A stretch of 63,748 nucleotides of DNA from a virus (IMGVR_UViG_3300042465_003545:1-63748), one strand, 5' to 3'. Positions 1-9,342 are shown, counted from the stretch's first letter. Notes: generated from the letters alone by a model not told the origin. Numbers and translations: made by a program.

Positions 1-272
1 GCGTTAGCCCCGCCTGTAAGGATCTGCTCAGATCCGTTACCGTCAACAGTGCACGCACCGCTGCCCGTATTTAACACGGATACCTGACGCAGGTTACCTG
101 CAACAAGAGGGAGCGTAACAGTAGACGAAGTTCCCGTAACAACTGATACACGTGTCGAAATAGTTGCACCTGTGGCAATAGTTGCTACGTCAGTGGATTG
201 TAGACCAAGGATACCGTAAATAGGGAGTCCTCCGACTTTAGACGACCCGTTAGAATCGATGTCGTAGACTGG
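1..272. repeat. Terminal direct repeat / circular-assembly overlap, left copy
   Basis: 1-272 matches 63477-63748 except at positions 128 (a/t) and 165 (t/c). Confidence 0.95.
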
Positions 273-338
273 GAGAATATCCCCACCGTTTACCGTGGTG
301 ACTGTGCGAAGAATTTTTAGATCGTCAAGAGTTGGCAT
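1..338 (-). CDS. 5' part of a ~140-aa virion protein (possible head decoration protein) spanning the circular junction; continues 63476..63392
   Basis: Hand translation from ATG at 338 gives MPTLDDLKILRTVTTVNGGDILPVYDID...LLSDGTRWYHISNDT*, open across the junction. It lies directly downstream of the capsid gene and is missing from the ORF track. Confidence 0.75.
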   Translation of the reverse strand, partial: MPTLDDLKILRTVTTVNGGDILPVYDIDSNGSSKVGGLPIYGILGLQSTDVATIATGATISTRVSVVTGTSSTVTLPLVAGNLRQVSVLNTGSGACTVDGNGSEQILTGGAN

Positions 339-365
339 AATTTTAGAGAGATAGTTTGTTAAAGA

Positions 366-398
366 GAAAAGGGGTGCCCCTGTTTATGAGGCACCCCG
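366..398 (-). terminator. Rho-independent terminator after the capsid gene
   Basis: Minus strand reads GGGGTGCCTC-ATAAACA-GGGGCACCCC-TTTT just after the stop codon. Confidence 0.7.
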
Positions 399-403
399 TT
401 TAG

Positions 404-1759
404 TTACGCAGCAGGGGTTTGAACGCCCGAGCGCTTGTAGAGGATAACGAACCCGAACTCCGTCTTGATTGGCTTACTTGCGCTTGCCAATACTCCACGG
501 AAGAATCCGATAGTGCCATCAGGGTTGAGGTCGACAGATGGAATGTTTTTCCATGAGAACTTACCGCGATAGTTGACGGGGTCAAACTTGAGACCGTTAC
601 CACCAGAGATAGGCTCAGGGATCTGAGACTCCATCACGTCTTGGTGGAGGACGTAGGCTGCTTCGTAGTCAGCAGTCTCATAGGCTGCGTTGGTGCTGAT
701 CACTCCGCTAGTAGCGGTATACGGGTGCACACGGTTAAGAGAACCGTCCGCGGTATCCGCACCAACACCATCGGTGTCAGTGTCGAGATTGTAACGAGGA
801 GCGAGGTCATCAACCAAGTGGTAGAACCCACGGAACGACTTCTCAACACCGAGAGGGGCGATAAGCTCGCTGACTTTCGAGTTGTTGTAGCGGACGTCAT
901 CGCGGAAACCAGACTCGGTTTGCAAGAAGTAACTTGCTTCCGAGGAGCACACGAGAGTAAACACTGGGCGACCGTTCTCACGACCATAAGCGTTTGTACC
1001 TGCACCACCACGAACGAGTCGGAAGTAGGTCATGTCCAAAACCTTATTGCTGATCATTGCAGTCGGGGTGTAGTTAACAACAGAGCCACTTGTGACAAGG
1101 TCGTTGTTGAGATTAACGTCAACAGTTGCTACTCCTTCAAATCTAGTGCCCGCAGAAACGTCACTAAATGTTACGACTGGCGTGCCCGTGGTCAAGCAAG
1201 GAACAAGGTTGGCGCAAATGCGGTCATACTCATCACGATAACGCTCTTCCCAAGAGTATTTAGTGCTCTCGGTCATCGCGTCCATAACAGCGCGAAGCTG
1301 CTCGGTGCGGTATGCAGCGAAACGAAGGTCTTCCACGTTGATGCGCGGCGACTCAACAATAGCACGTTTCAACGAGTATTGTTTAAGTTGACGAGCAAAT
1401 TGAATGAAGGACTTACCTGATTGGGGTCCAAGGTTGGTATCACGCGCACCGACCAGAATCTGGTCAAGGGTGTTAGCAGTATCTTGGGACGAAACGACGT
1501 TTTGTCCAACTTCAGTCCAAGATAAACCTAGGTCCGAGCCGTTGGCTGCGGTAGTAGGTAGCGCACGATCGTAGATCAGAGTGCCAAGGGTGTAGCCCAT
1601 ACCATCAGGAAAAGAAGTTTGTTTGATGAGGTCCATCCACGGAGAAGTGTGAACGGTGCGGCGATGAATATCCTGACCAATGCGGTTAGCTTCTTGAGTA
1701 AGGATAGTATCGATTTCAGTTGTACCCGTGCTTTGGGTAAATAATTGTCCAGCGGCCAT
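404..1759 (-). CDS. Major capsid protein (putative)
   Basis: 451 aa; follows portal-like and scaffold-like genes, has its own promoter and terminator, and resembles capsid proteins of uncultured aquatic phages as I recall them. Confidence 0.7.
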   Translation of the reverse strand: MAAGQLFTQSTGTTEIDTILTQEANRIGQDIHRRTVHTSPWMDLIKQTSFPDGMGYTLGTLIYDRALPTTAANGSDLGLSWTEVGQNVVSSQDTANTLDQILVGARDTNLGPQSGKSFIQFARQLKQYSLKRAIVESPRINVEDLRFAAYRTEQLRAVMDAMTESTKYSWEERYRDEYDRICANLVPCLTTGTPVVTFSDVSAGTRFEGVATVDVNLNNDLVTSGSVVNYTPTAMISNKVLDMTYFRLVRGGAGTNAYGRENGRPVFTLVCSSEASYFLQTESGFRDDVRYNNSKVSELIAPLGVEKSFRGFYHLVDDLAPRYNLDTDTDGVGADTADGSLNRVHPYTATSGVISTNAAYETADYEAAYVLHQDVMESQIPEPISGGNGLKFDPVNYRGKFSWKNIPSVDLNPDGTIGFFRGVLASASKPIKTEFGFVILYKRSGVQTPAA

Positions 1760-1883
1760 AATTTTGTAAAGTTAGTAGTTGTTATTGTTAGGTTGAAATA
1801 GTAAGGCGGTTCGACGCTGGAGCTCGGCATCTGTTGTTGTTCTGACTTAGCAAAGTAAATCAAAAGTTGCTCCTAACGACGCG

Positions 1884-1912
1884 AAGATACTAACTCTATT
1901 TGATTTGGTCAA
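1884..1912 (-). promoter_or_regulatory. Sigma70-like promoter upstream of the capsid gene
   Basis: TTGACC-17 nt-TATCTT on the minus strand. Confidence 0.55.
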
Positions 1913-1981
1913 CAATTCATTATGAAAGAAAAAAGCCACCCGTTTAGGTGACTTTCTTCGTTGTCATAACTAGGGATTTTA

Positions 1982-3091
1982 TTATTCCCCGAAAGCGCTA
2001 CGAACCGCATCAACAAAGGATACTGCGTCTCCTGCTTGTGACACACCCCCTCCGTTGCGGTTACCCACACGAGGAGCAGAGTTAGCATAAGCGGCGAGCT
2101 TTGATACTAGCGATTCGTTTTCGCGCATCATCTTCACATACTCTCGTGCCACCTTGGGAAACAAAGTTGCTGCCATCTGATTGTAAGCAGAGTTTACAGG
2201 AGACATCGTAGTAAGATCGGTGCCTGATACTTCACGAACAATCGATTCCATATCAACGCCTTCAATGTTAGGAAGAAATGTTAGCTTCTCAGTGAGTCGG
2301 GCAGCCACTTGTTTAGCCGCTGTTTTACGCACCTCCGAACGAACACGAACTTGCTCCTGTTGATGGAGTGCATCAAGTTCTTGTGCCTCGCGTAAAGCCT
2401 CTCCAGAGTTCTCACGGAGGGCTTCTTGCTGTGCCTGAATTGGCTTGAGCGCTTCAATCAACTGGTAAGCCTTAAACCGATCGCGTTCGGACGCAGAAGC
2501 GAGAAGTTCAGAGATTTTTTCTTCTTGCTCAACTTCATCTGTCAGGGCAAGCGCGTCAAACAACTCGTTGACGTCAACCCCATACTTGGTGGCGATAGCA
2601 TCTGATGCAGCAAGAACTGAACGAAGAGGATCTTCAACAAGTTGCTTGTATGCCTGTGTATCTTCGAGCTTGGTCACAAGAAGTTTTGACTCATACTCGT
2701 CAATCTTCTGGCGCATGGTGTCGAGTTCTGTATCCGAGGACAATGCTTCAAGTTCCGTGATACGGGACTCGCGCTGTTCCAAAGTTTCACGTAGTGCTTG
2801 TGACGCCGCACGTTCAGACTTCAAATCATTTCTAACTTCCTTAAACGCACGGGCTGCTTCTGGAGTCCAGTCAGCTACGTCAGTATCGTTGGTGATGTCA
2901 TCTAGTGGATCTGCTTCGTCTACTACGTTAGTAGTATTTTGTTTGGGTTCAATATCTGGAACAACAATATCTGCTGCTCCGTCGTCGATGGCATCGAGAC
3001 CCGCAAAAGCGTCTTCGATTGACGTCATAAATCCTTCGGCTCCAGCATCGATTGCTGGGTCCATCACTGGTGTGTCTGTAGTTGGTGTCAT
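1982..3091 (-). CDS. Capsid scaffolding protein (putative)
   Basis: 369 aa with an acidic disordered N-terminus and coiled coils, located between portal and capsid genes. Confidence 0.65.
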   Translation of the reverse strand: MTPTTDTPVMDPAIDAGAEGFMTSIEDAFAGLDAIDDGAADIVVPDIEPKQNTTNVVDEADPLDDITNDTDVADWTPEAARAFKEVRNDLKSERAASQALRETLEQRESRITELEALSSDTELDTMRQKIDEYESKLLVTKLEDTQAYKQLVEDPLRSVLAASDAIATKYGVDVNELFDALALTDEVEQEEKISELLASASERDRFKAYQLIEALKPIQAQQEALRENSGEALREAQELDALHQQEQVRVRSEVRKTAAKQVAARLTEKLTFLPNIEGVDMESIVREVSGTDLTTMSPVNSAYNQMAATLFPKVAREYVKMMRENESLVSKLAAYANSAPRVGNRNGGGVSQAGDAVSFVDAVRSAFGE

Positions 3092-3402
3092 AGTGTTACT
3101 GGTTTAATATGCCCCCACGGGACAAGTTCTTCGTGCTCTGGGCGAGACTTAGTCAACTGGACAAGGTCTCTAGCAAAATCGTTATACCCCGCAAGCCATG
3201 CCATACGCTCTGCGGGACTTCCTAATGTGTTGGAGATAGGCAGTCCCGTAGGAACATTAGCCTGACATAGAGTAGCTACGGCTACCTTAAATATCTCGCT
3301 TGAAATAAGTCCGCGTAATACATCTGCGTTAGCAGGATTCTTGTGCCATGTTTCCAGCGGGAGCGGTAATGGCGTTGGTTGTGGTGCTTTTGGTCGAGGC
3401 AT
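3088..3402 (-). CDS. Hypothetical protein between portal and scaffold
   Basis: 104 aa; its stop overlaps the scaffold start (ATGA). Confidence 0.7.
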   Translation of the reverse strand: MPRPKAPQPTPLPLPLETWHKNPANADVLRGLISSEIFKVAVATLCQANVPTGLPISNTLGSPAERMAWLAGYNDFARDLVQLTKSRPEHEELVPWGHIKPVTL

Positions 3403-3408
3403 GTGTGG

Positions 3409-3436
3409 ACTCTACGTAGTTTTCTTTCAACGTCAA
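3409..3436 (-). promoter_or_regulatory. Sigma70-like promoter, probably leaderless
   Basis: TTGACG-16-TAGAGT-6-ATG(3402). Confidence 0.5.
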
Positions 3437-3447
3437 TAGTAAATTTC

Positions 3448-5688
3448 TTATCGAATAGTTCTATCGGTGTAGCCACTAAGTTTCAGGGCGCGTTCAGCAT
3501 CCTTGAAGCTAAGATCCTGATCCGCCTTAGACTGACGAATTCTGGCATCTAAGTCGGCTCTATCTTTGGTAATCTGCATCCGTAATCGGTGTTCCGACAT
3601 CTTCATCTCAATAGGATTGATGCCTTGAGGATCTCCAGCTTGTGCCGTTCCATCTTGTTCAGCGGCTTCGCGCTGCATACGTTGCAAGCGACGACCAAAG
3701 TTTGTGATGACTTCATCGCCAATCTGAAGAAGCTTGCGAATTTCAGCAACCTCTGCTTGAGCATTAGGGTCCATAGCAAGATTCTCCGCGTGGTCTGTCA
3801 CGTGACCGAATACTACGGTCGCTGTGGGTAGAACCTGTGCAAGATCTTGAGTTCCCTCTTGGATCACCGCGAGTAATTCCTGAAGCATTGGAACGTGGGC
3901 GTTAAGGTGCTCTAGGTGCGGTTCGTTGGACATGACGGGGACTTCCTCCCCTGCTTTCATAGCGGAGTTCTCTAGCCACGCAATCTTACCTTGCGCTGTC
4001 TGACGAGGTTCTTGCTGGCGTGGGATATATCGGTCTGCAATATCGTGACCGACACGAGACGCAACGATGTCGCGCACAAGTTGTTTGCGTCCGACCTCAT
4101 CGAAGGCGCCCGCGTATTGATTGATCTCACGGAGCGCGAGTAATCGGTTGGTCATACTACCAGAACCGATCGCTCGGACAGCCGTAGTGCGTACGAAATC
4201 AAGGTTGGCTATGTCCTGCTTAGTTACCCCACGCTCAGCGCAGCGCTCGAAGAATCTCTTTGTCCACACATCTTGCGACCCTGTGCAGATACGTTCAACG
4301 ACCTCACGTAGAAGTCGACTCCACGAAGCATAAAACAGGTTAAGCGTAGACCCTGATAGGCGACTAGCAACCGTAATATCATGTTCGGTTTGGAGTTCAT
4401 TTCGATAAGGAGAATTTATGCTAGGACCATACGTAGACATCAAGTCCACGTTCAGCGACAACTGATTGCTCATGTCGTCTAGTGCTGGTTTCATTGTCCG
4501 AGACAAATCGTTCGGCTGCTTCTCGACAAGATCGAGGTTAGGAGACAGCACGGAGTAGGGACCGTAAACTGTAAATGATAGCTTCTCAAGATCGCGCTCT
4601 GAGTTCGGTTGTAGCATTACGCTTCCTGCTAAAATAGCGGAGTCTACCATCTGGCAACGAAGTCTATTGGACACCTGCACGTGGTTGAAAATACGGAAGC
4701 CCAGTCCTCTGACAGAATGATAAGTGCCGTTGGTTCCGACACCGTAAGAGAACAAGAGGTATGCCTTCTCAGGACTCTTGAATCGGGATACTTCGCGGAA
4801 CATAAACTCTTTAGGCCCGTTCTCAGCGAACATGTAGAAGCTTACCGATCCATCAAACTCACGAACCCACATGTGAACCACGGACACCGTGGTATTACGG
4901 TGACCCGTATACAGGTCGTTATTCTTCATCTCGCGCTGAATATCTTCCCAACTCTCGAATTTGTGCTCGGTGCCTGAGGTAGTTGCGTTTTTTACAATAA
5001 CTCGTTTGGTTTCTTCGCAGTCCCACCCGAGTTGCTCTGCGGTCTCCTCGTTACGGATGAACCCAAAAAGCTCGTGGAGCAGGTAGTCTCTGCGGGCTAC
5101 GGCTACTTCGATGCCCTCCTCAGAGGCTACAGACTGTCGAGGAATCTGAAATTCTCCAAGACCGCACACGCGAAAACGCCAGTCCTTCGCGCTATCAAAA
5201 TAGGCGACAGAGACACCATGCTTGGTAAACTCAGCGCACAGGCGTAAATAATTCGTGTGGAACTCAGGAAGACTCCGCATCGTAGCGGTAAGCTCTTCCG
5301 AGATAACATCTTCAATCTCAACACGATTTTCGAGAGACGCTTTGCTACCTAAGCGGACAGCAACGAGTCGCTCAAGTGAGCTATACAAATCAACGTAGCT
5401 TGACATCGCGACATCGAGGTAGCGTTGCGCTTCTCCAAAATTCAAATTGGTTCGGCTGCCTTGCCCTGTAGAGCGGAGCACAGAAGGATCGTAGGGTGGC
5501 GCTCCATCAAACAAAGCATCTGTTCGCGATCGATTGATCGAACTCGTCTCGTCAGCTTTATGGAGACCAGAGTAGATACTGCTCGCTGCCGCAACACTCG
5601 TCAGTCTTTCTTCAGGTGCTTCACCTGTGTCCTGATTCAAGTTGAGGAGCTCAATCTCTGCGAGTCCTGTTGGTCTGTCAAATTCCAT
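3448..5688 (-). CDS. Portal protein (putative)
   Basis: 746 aa; first large gene of the head module, with a Gln-rich helical C-terminal region. Called on size and synteny. Confidence 0.65.
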   Translation of the reverse strand: MEFDRPTGLAEIELLNLNQDTGEAPEERLTSVAAASSIYSGLHKADETSSINRSRTDALFDGAPPYDPSVLRSTGQGSRTNLNFGEAQRYLDVAMSSYVDLYSSLERLVAVRLGSKASLENRVEIEDVISEELTATMRSLPEFHTNYLRLCAEFTKHGVSVAYFDSAKDWRFRVCGLGEFQIPRQSVASEEGIEVAVARRDYLLHELFGFIRNEETAEQLGWDCEETKRVIVKNATTSGTEHKFESWEDIQREMKNNDLYTGHRNTTVSVVHMWVREFDGSVSFYMFAENGPKEFMFREVSRFKSPEKAYLLFSYGVGTNGTYHSVRGLGFRIFNHVQVSNRLRCQMVDSAILAGSVMLQPNSERDLEKLSFTVYGPYSVLSPNLDLVEKQPNDLSRTMKPALDDMSNQLSLNVDLMSTYGPSINSPYRNELQTEHDITVASRLSGSTLNLFYASWSRLLREVVERICTGSQDVWTKRFFERCAERGVTKQDIANLDFVRTTAVRAIGSGSMTNRLLALREINQYAGAFDEVGRKQLVRDIVASRVGHDIADRYIPRQQEPRQTAQGKIAWLENSAMKAGEEVPVMSNEPHLEHLNAHVPMLQELLAVIQEGTQDLAQVLPTATVVFGHVTDHAENLAMDPNAQAEVAEIRKLLQIGDEVITNFGRRLQRMQREAAEQDGTAQAGDPQGINPIEMKMSEHRLRMQITKDRADLDARIRQSKADQDLSFKDAERALKLSGYTDRTIR

Positions 5689-5696
5689 ACGCAGGA

Positions 5697-5725
5697 ATAT
5701 TGTGGCTTATTCAGATTGATGTCAA
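5697..5725 (-). promoter_or_regulatory. Sigma70-like promoter for the portal gene
   Basis: TTGACA-17-CAATAT, 8 nt before the ATG. Confidence 0.5.
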
Positions 5726-5764
5726 GCTCAAATATCATTCATTTTCTGAATTCGCGCCCGTGGT

Positions 5765-6421
5765 TTATTTTCGGTGTGTCGATGTCTTCTTGGCTACCGC
5801 TTTTGGTTGTTTAACAAACTGTTTGCCCTGCGCGTTGCCCTTTGCTTTGGCGCTGTTCGTCGCGGCCTTCTCACTAGGGGTCAAAGACTTCCATGCCGCC
5901 TCGGGCAGATACCGCTTCTTGCCATTAGACGGGGTTCCGTCCGATGTTTTCCAATTCTGCTCAGTCCATTTCTTTAGATCTTGTTGTGGTTTCTTCATTT
6001 TATATCCTCCTTTAGTATCTTTTAAGTATTTGATAGCCGCCTCCAATGTAGTAACTGAATCTTTAGCATGACCGAGAGTAGTATTACACAAGCTACAAAG
6101 AACGCCCCTAACCCTACCAGTTTTGTGGCAGTGGTCAACAGCTAATTTTCTACCCGTTTTTTCCTCTGATACGCCGCATATCATGCAAGAAAAGTTTTCC
6201 TTCTCCCTCATCTGGCCCCACTGTTCAAAGGTGATACCATACCTTAAAAAAAGCTTATACGACTTATTGTTCCTAGGGGTATTTGGATTATCTACTCTGT
6301 GCTGTAAATGGCAGGGCTTACAGCGTGCGCTAGTGTATTTCTTATCTACCCATTTATTGTAGAACTGATAAAAACTAGAAAGATCTTTCTCTTGTCCGCA
6401 GCGCTTGCAGATTTTAACCAC
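5765..6421 (-). CDS. Recombination endonuclease VII-type (homing) endonuclease in frame with a DUF5872-like C-terminal half (internal start at 5998)
   Basis: Zn finger CKRC...CKPC, then YGIT, CMIC and LAVDHCHKTGRVRGVLCSLCNTTLG (Endo VII motif), followed by MKKPQQDLKKWTEQNWKT...RYLPEAAWKSL preceded by an AAAGGAGG RBS. Confidence 0.85.
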   Translation of the reverse strand: MVKICKRCGQEKDLSSFYQFYNKWVDKKYTSARCKPCHLQHRVDNPNTPRNNKSYKLFLRYGITFEQWGQMREKENFSCMICGVSEEKTGRKLAVDHCHKTGRVRGVLCSLCNTTLGHAKDSVTTLEAAIKYLKDTKGGYKMKKPQQDLKKWTEQNWKTSDGTPSNGKKRYLPEAAWKSLTPSEKAATNSAKAKGNAQGKQFVKQPKAVAKKTSTHRK

Positions 6422-6596
6422 GATACCCCCCTCCTTTTTTCTTGTATTCAGAGGCTAACAGCTGTGCTTTTCTAGCGCTCCACTCATTAGGATCGCCACC
6501 TTTCGTTCCAGCTTTAATCTTGTTAAACAACTGTTTACGCATAGCGGGTTGAGTGTAGTTTCCTGCGGAGTTAACTGTACTTTTAGCTTTTTTCAT
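6414..6596 (-). CDS. Small basic protein, DUF5872-like N-terminal half
   Basis: Contains the motif GTKGGDPNEWSARKAQLLASEYKKKGGGY. Confidence 0.75.
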   Translation of the reverse strand: MKKAKSTVNSAGNYTQPAMRKQLFNKIKAGTKGGDPNEWSARKAQLLASEYKKKGGGYRG

Positions 6597-6652
6597 AAAG
6601 TTGTGTTTTCTTCGGCGGCAACAGAGTTAAACAAAAACACCAACCTTGTCAA

Positions 6653-6937
6653 CTACCATTTTACTCTGTCCGCCCAATAGGCCGCACTCATCTTGCCTTT
6701 GACAATGTTCCGCGCATGACGAGCCTTGAACGACTTTCGCTTCGCCTTCATGCGCTCGGACTCACCTTCCTTAGGCGCCCCCGCCGTCTCGGCACCCTGT
6801 TCCCCGAATCGGATAAGCTTAGTGGTGCTGCCTTCTTTGGCGAGCACTACATGGGATTTTTTGGGGTGTGACGGAGTTCTCTTCGGGCTATTGAAACCCG
6901 AGAGACCCAGTTTGCGCATGAGAGACCTTCTGTCCAT
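6653..6937 (-). CDS. Small basic conserved phage protein
   Basis: KLIRFGEQG...RKSFKARH...SAAYWADRVKW, a motif I recognise from small basic proteins of aquatic phages. Confidence 0.75.
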   Translation of the reverse strand: MDRRSLMRKLGLSGFNSPKRTPSHPKKSHVVLAKEGSTTKLIRFGEQGAETAGAPKEGESERMKAKRKSFKARHARNIVKGKMSAAYWADRVKW

Positions 6938-6943
6938 GAGCGA

Positions 6944-6971
6944 ACTATACCCAAATCACACCCCGCGTCAA
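6944..6971 (-). promoter_or_regulatory. Sigma70-like promoter, probably leaderless
   Basis: TTGACG-16-TATAGT-6-ATG(6937). Confidence 0.55.
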
Positions 6972-6976
6972 CCAAA

Positions 6977-7456
6977 TTATCTGACGTCAGGTCTCGCCGC
7001 CATGATTTCACTCACCCACTTGGGGGTCATGGGGTTGGTGTCGTGCCGCGTAGTAGCCCACCCATAGTCTGAGAGCGATTCCTTTGAGTCCTGAAAGACA
7101 AGACTATACCACTCCGCAGAGGTGGCGTTGAAAACTACGATAGCATAAACAGGGGAGGTATACCCAAGCTCGTTCGAAATAAAAGGACGCGCATCTTTTT
7201 GTTCCAAGATAATCAAATCAGATTTCTCGCCAAAAGCCCACAGGCGTGGAGCCGTTATGATATGCTCAACCCCCGCAGCAGTCAACACACGCGGGAGCGA
7301 CGATGTTGGATTGACCCAAAAATAACTAGGGCACGACCAAGCAAGCCCACTGCCGCACTCTTTCATCTTTGAGTGGACTAGGCGTAGATGAAAGTCATCC
7401 CCGCGAATAAGGTCGTTACTCACACCCCACCCCCACTGCTGCGTGTTTCTTGGCAA
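6977..7456 (-). CDS. Hypothetical protein
   Basis: 159-aa ORF co-oriented with its neighbours; start codon uncertain. Confidence 0.5.
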   Translation of the reverse strand: MPRNTQQWGWGVSNDLIRGDDFHLRLVHSKMKECGSGLAWSCPSYFWVNPTSSLPRVLTAAGVEHIITAPRLWAFGEKSDLIILEQKDARPFISNELGYTSPVYAIVVFNATSAEWYSLVFQDSKESLSDYGWATTRHDTNPMTPKWVSEIMAARPDVR

Positions 7457-7913
7457 GCTCGACCACGGCGGAAAGGGTAACCTGTTTCCTTGTTCCAGAA
7501 TCCGATCGCATCTTGATGCAAAGCTGGGTAGCGCGGACGGGCAAGAACCACTTGAGGCGCACTACACCGTAGTCGATTCCTAGCTTATCGTTATTTCGCA
7601 CCACAACGCCCTCAGACGGGCTGTAGCTGTATCGGGAGAATCCGACAAGAGGCACGGCGTCGGAGGGCACAGCGGCCCCACAGGGACCTAAGGCGAGGAA
7701 CGCTAGTCGTGAGACCGAAACGCAACGGGTCTTGTCCGACGCGTCGCGCACGTTGACGTATGCTGCGTGTGTGCACCTGTGTCCGTAGAATGGACGCAGT
7801 ATGTGTGGAGCAACATGTGGCTTGTAGGGACGGGAGCACCGTATGGTGAATCTGTCGTCTCCTATTTCGTATCGGGGGTAACCCGTGATCTGTGTGTAGT
7901 TCATGACGGGCAA
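7416..7913 (-). CDS. Hypothetical protein with two NUMOD4-like segments
   Basis: YTQITGYPRYEIGDD and AVPLVGFSRYSYSPSEG each resemble the NUMOD4 start motif; no HNH catalytic motif seen. Confidence 0.5.
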   Translation of the reverse strand: MPVMNYTQITGYPRYEIGDDRFTIRCSRPYKPHVAPHILRPFYGHRCTHAAYVNVRDASDKTRCVSVSRLAFLALGPCGAAVPSDAVPLVGFSRYSYSPSEGVVVRNNDKLGIDYGVVRLKWFLPVRATQLCIKMRSDSGTRKQVTLSAVVELAKKHAAVGVGCE

Positions 7914-7990
7914 ACCTTGACTCTTGTATAGTCAGGTGTCAACACTTTTTATTTCTTTTTCAGGCGTAAAGTTTACGGCGAGTGGAAACT

Positions 7991-8275
7991 ACTGTTCAAA
8001 CGCTCCGTGCGGGCGCGGGCGCGTGCGCGCACACGGCTACACGATAAAGTATTCTATTCTTTTGTATTCCCATTTGGGTAGTTATGTTAGATTTTAGGAA
8101 CTACCCAAATGGTCATACACCGTTTTAGAAAAACTTTTCATACTTTTCAACTTTCTGTTAGACCGCTAGCCTTATAATAGCGTTTTCTTTCATCGATTTC
8201 TTTTCTTTCACAGTGTATAGACAGGCTTCGTCTACTCTTCAAAATCTAACAGAACAGACGCAGCCTGTCCATACA
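7991..8275. repeat. Duplicated non-coding twin-hairpin element, copy 1 (candidate replication origin)
   Basis: Direct repeat of 36896-37168 with a 126-bp identical core (8052-8177 = 36945-37070); hairpins at 8063-8119 and 8214-8275. Confidence 0.9.
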
Positions 8276-8780
8276 GCTAAAATTCAAATGAACAGTAACT
8301 ACCCGCTTACGTTATTTACGTAAATATAGCTCATCAAAAAGGGGAAAATATGGGGGATTCAGGATTCGGGGTTCCTATTCGGGGCGCGGTCGGGGGAGAT
8401 CTGCGAAGCGAAAACTTTACGTTGTCCCCCAGAATACTCAATCGTAAACACTTCATGGTATCTCCACCCATAATTGCCCCCTCGGACACCTGAACGTAAA
8501 CATAATTGTAAATCAGCGTAAATAAATGCCCTATTTTAGGTGTTCTCACCCTTAATAGTGGGGCAATGCACCGAGTTTGTGAATTTTCACATATTTTTTC
8601 ACAAAGGGTTATATGTATATATGTGGCCCACCGAAAAATGAACCATGCCCCCCGCCCCGTGTATCCTGATTCCAGAATCGGGATTCCTGAGTTAGTCTAG
8701 GCTAACCCTATTGAGGCTTGGGGGGTGAATTACACCTTGTATATGTAGAGCGATGATGCTCTCATTAAACATAATACAAT

Positions 8781-9266
8781 ATGACCAAAGAAAAAACAGT
8801 TAAAGAAGTAGTAGTAGTAGAAGTATCAACGAAATTCGTTGCAACATTCAAAGCCGCCTACGTGGTGGCTTTGAATTCAACGATCACACTTGCTCAAACG
8901 CTATGCGATGCATGGCATAACGGCGAGTTAGTGCAAGCAAACCTATTCGCAAGCGGTGAAGCTATTGGCAAAGGCATGAAGGGAACGGACTTGTCTTTCC
9001 CCATAATTGCTGAAGCTTGCGCCATGGCAGCGCTTAACATGGATGATGCGAGATCATTCTTGAAAGGCGTTTCTGAAGGCTGCGGATATGGCAAGCCCTC
9101 TAGCATCTGCAATGCGCTGAAAGGCGCGGATTATGTCGGCAAGCGTGCAGGTGCAGGCGGAAAAGATGCCAAGTCCACTTTGGACAAAGCGATTGAATAT
9201 GTCGGCAAATTAGAACTCACGAAAAAAGAACTCGCTGCCTTCAAGGCACTTGTGGCTGCAATGTGA
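8781..9266 (+). CDS. Hypothetical early protein
   Basis: 161 aa with an AT-rich leader (ATAATACAAT-ATG); first gene of the plus-strand block. Confidence 0.75.
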   Translation: MTKEKTVKEVVVVEVSTKFVATFKAAYVVALNSTITLAQTLCDAWHNGELVQANLFASGEAIGKGMKGTDLSFPIIAEACAMAALNMDDARSFLKGVSEGCGYGKPSSICNALKGADYVGKRAGAGGKDAKSTLDKAIEYVGKLELTKKELAAFKALVAAM

Positions 9267-9342
9267 TTCCTGTTTCCCGATTCCCGATTCCTGTTTCAAG
9301 TCTCCTGAGTTAGCCCCCACTAACTCAGGATTCTTGTATTAG

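Noticed and set aside
641-1420. Long antisense ORFs (641-1420, 2568-3107, 26856-27425, 30522-31265 and similar)
   Set aside because: They are shadows of strongly biased genes on the other strand, with no motifs or initiation signals, unlike the nested HNH ORF.
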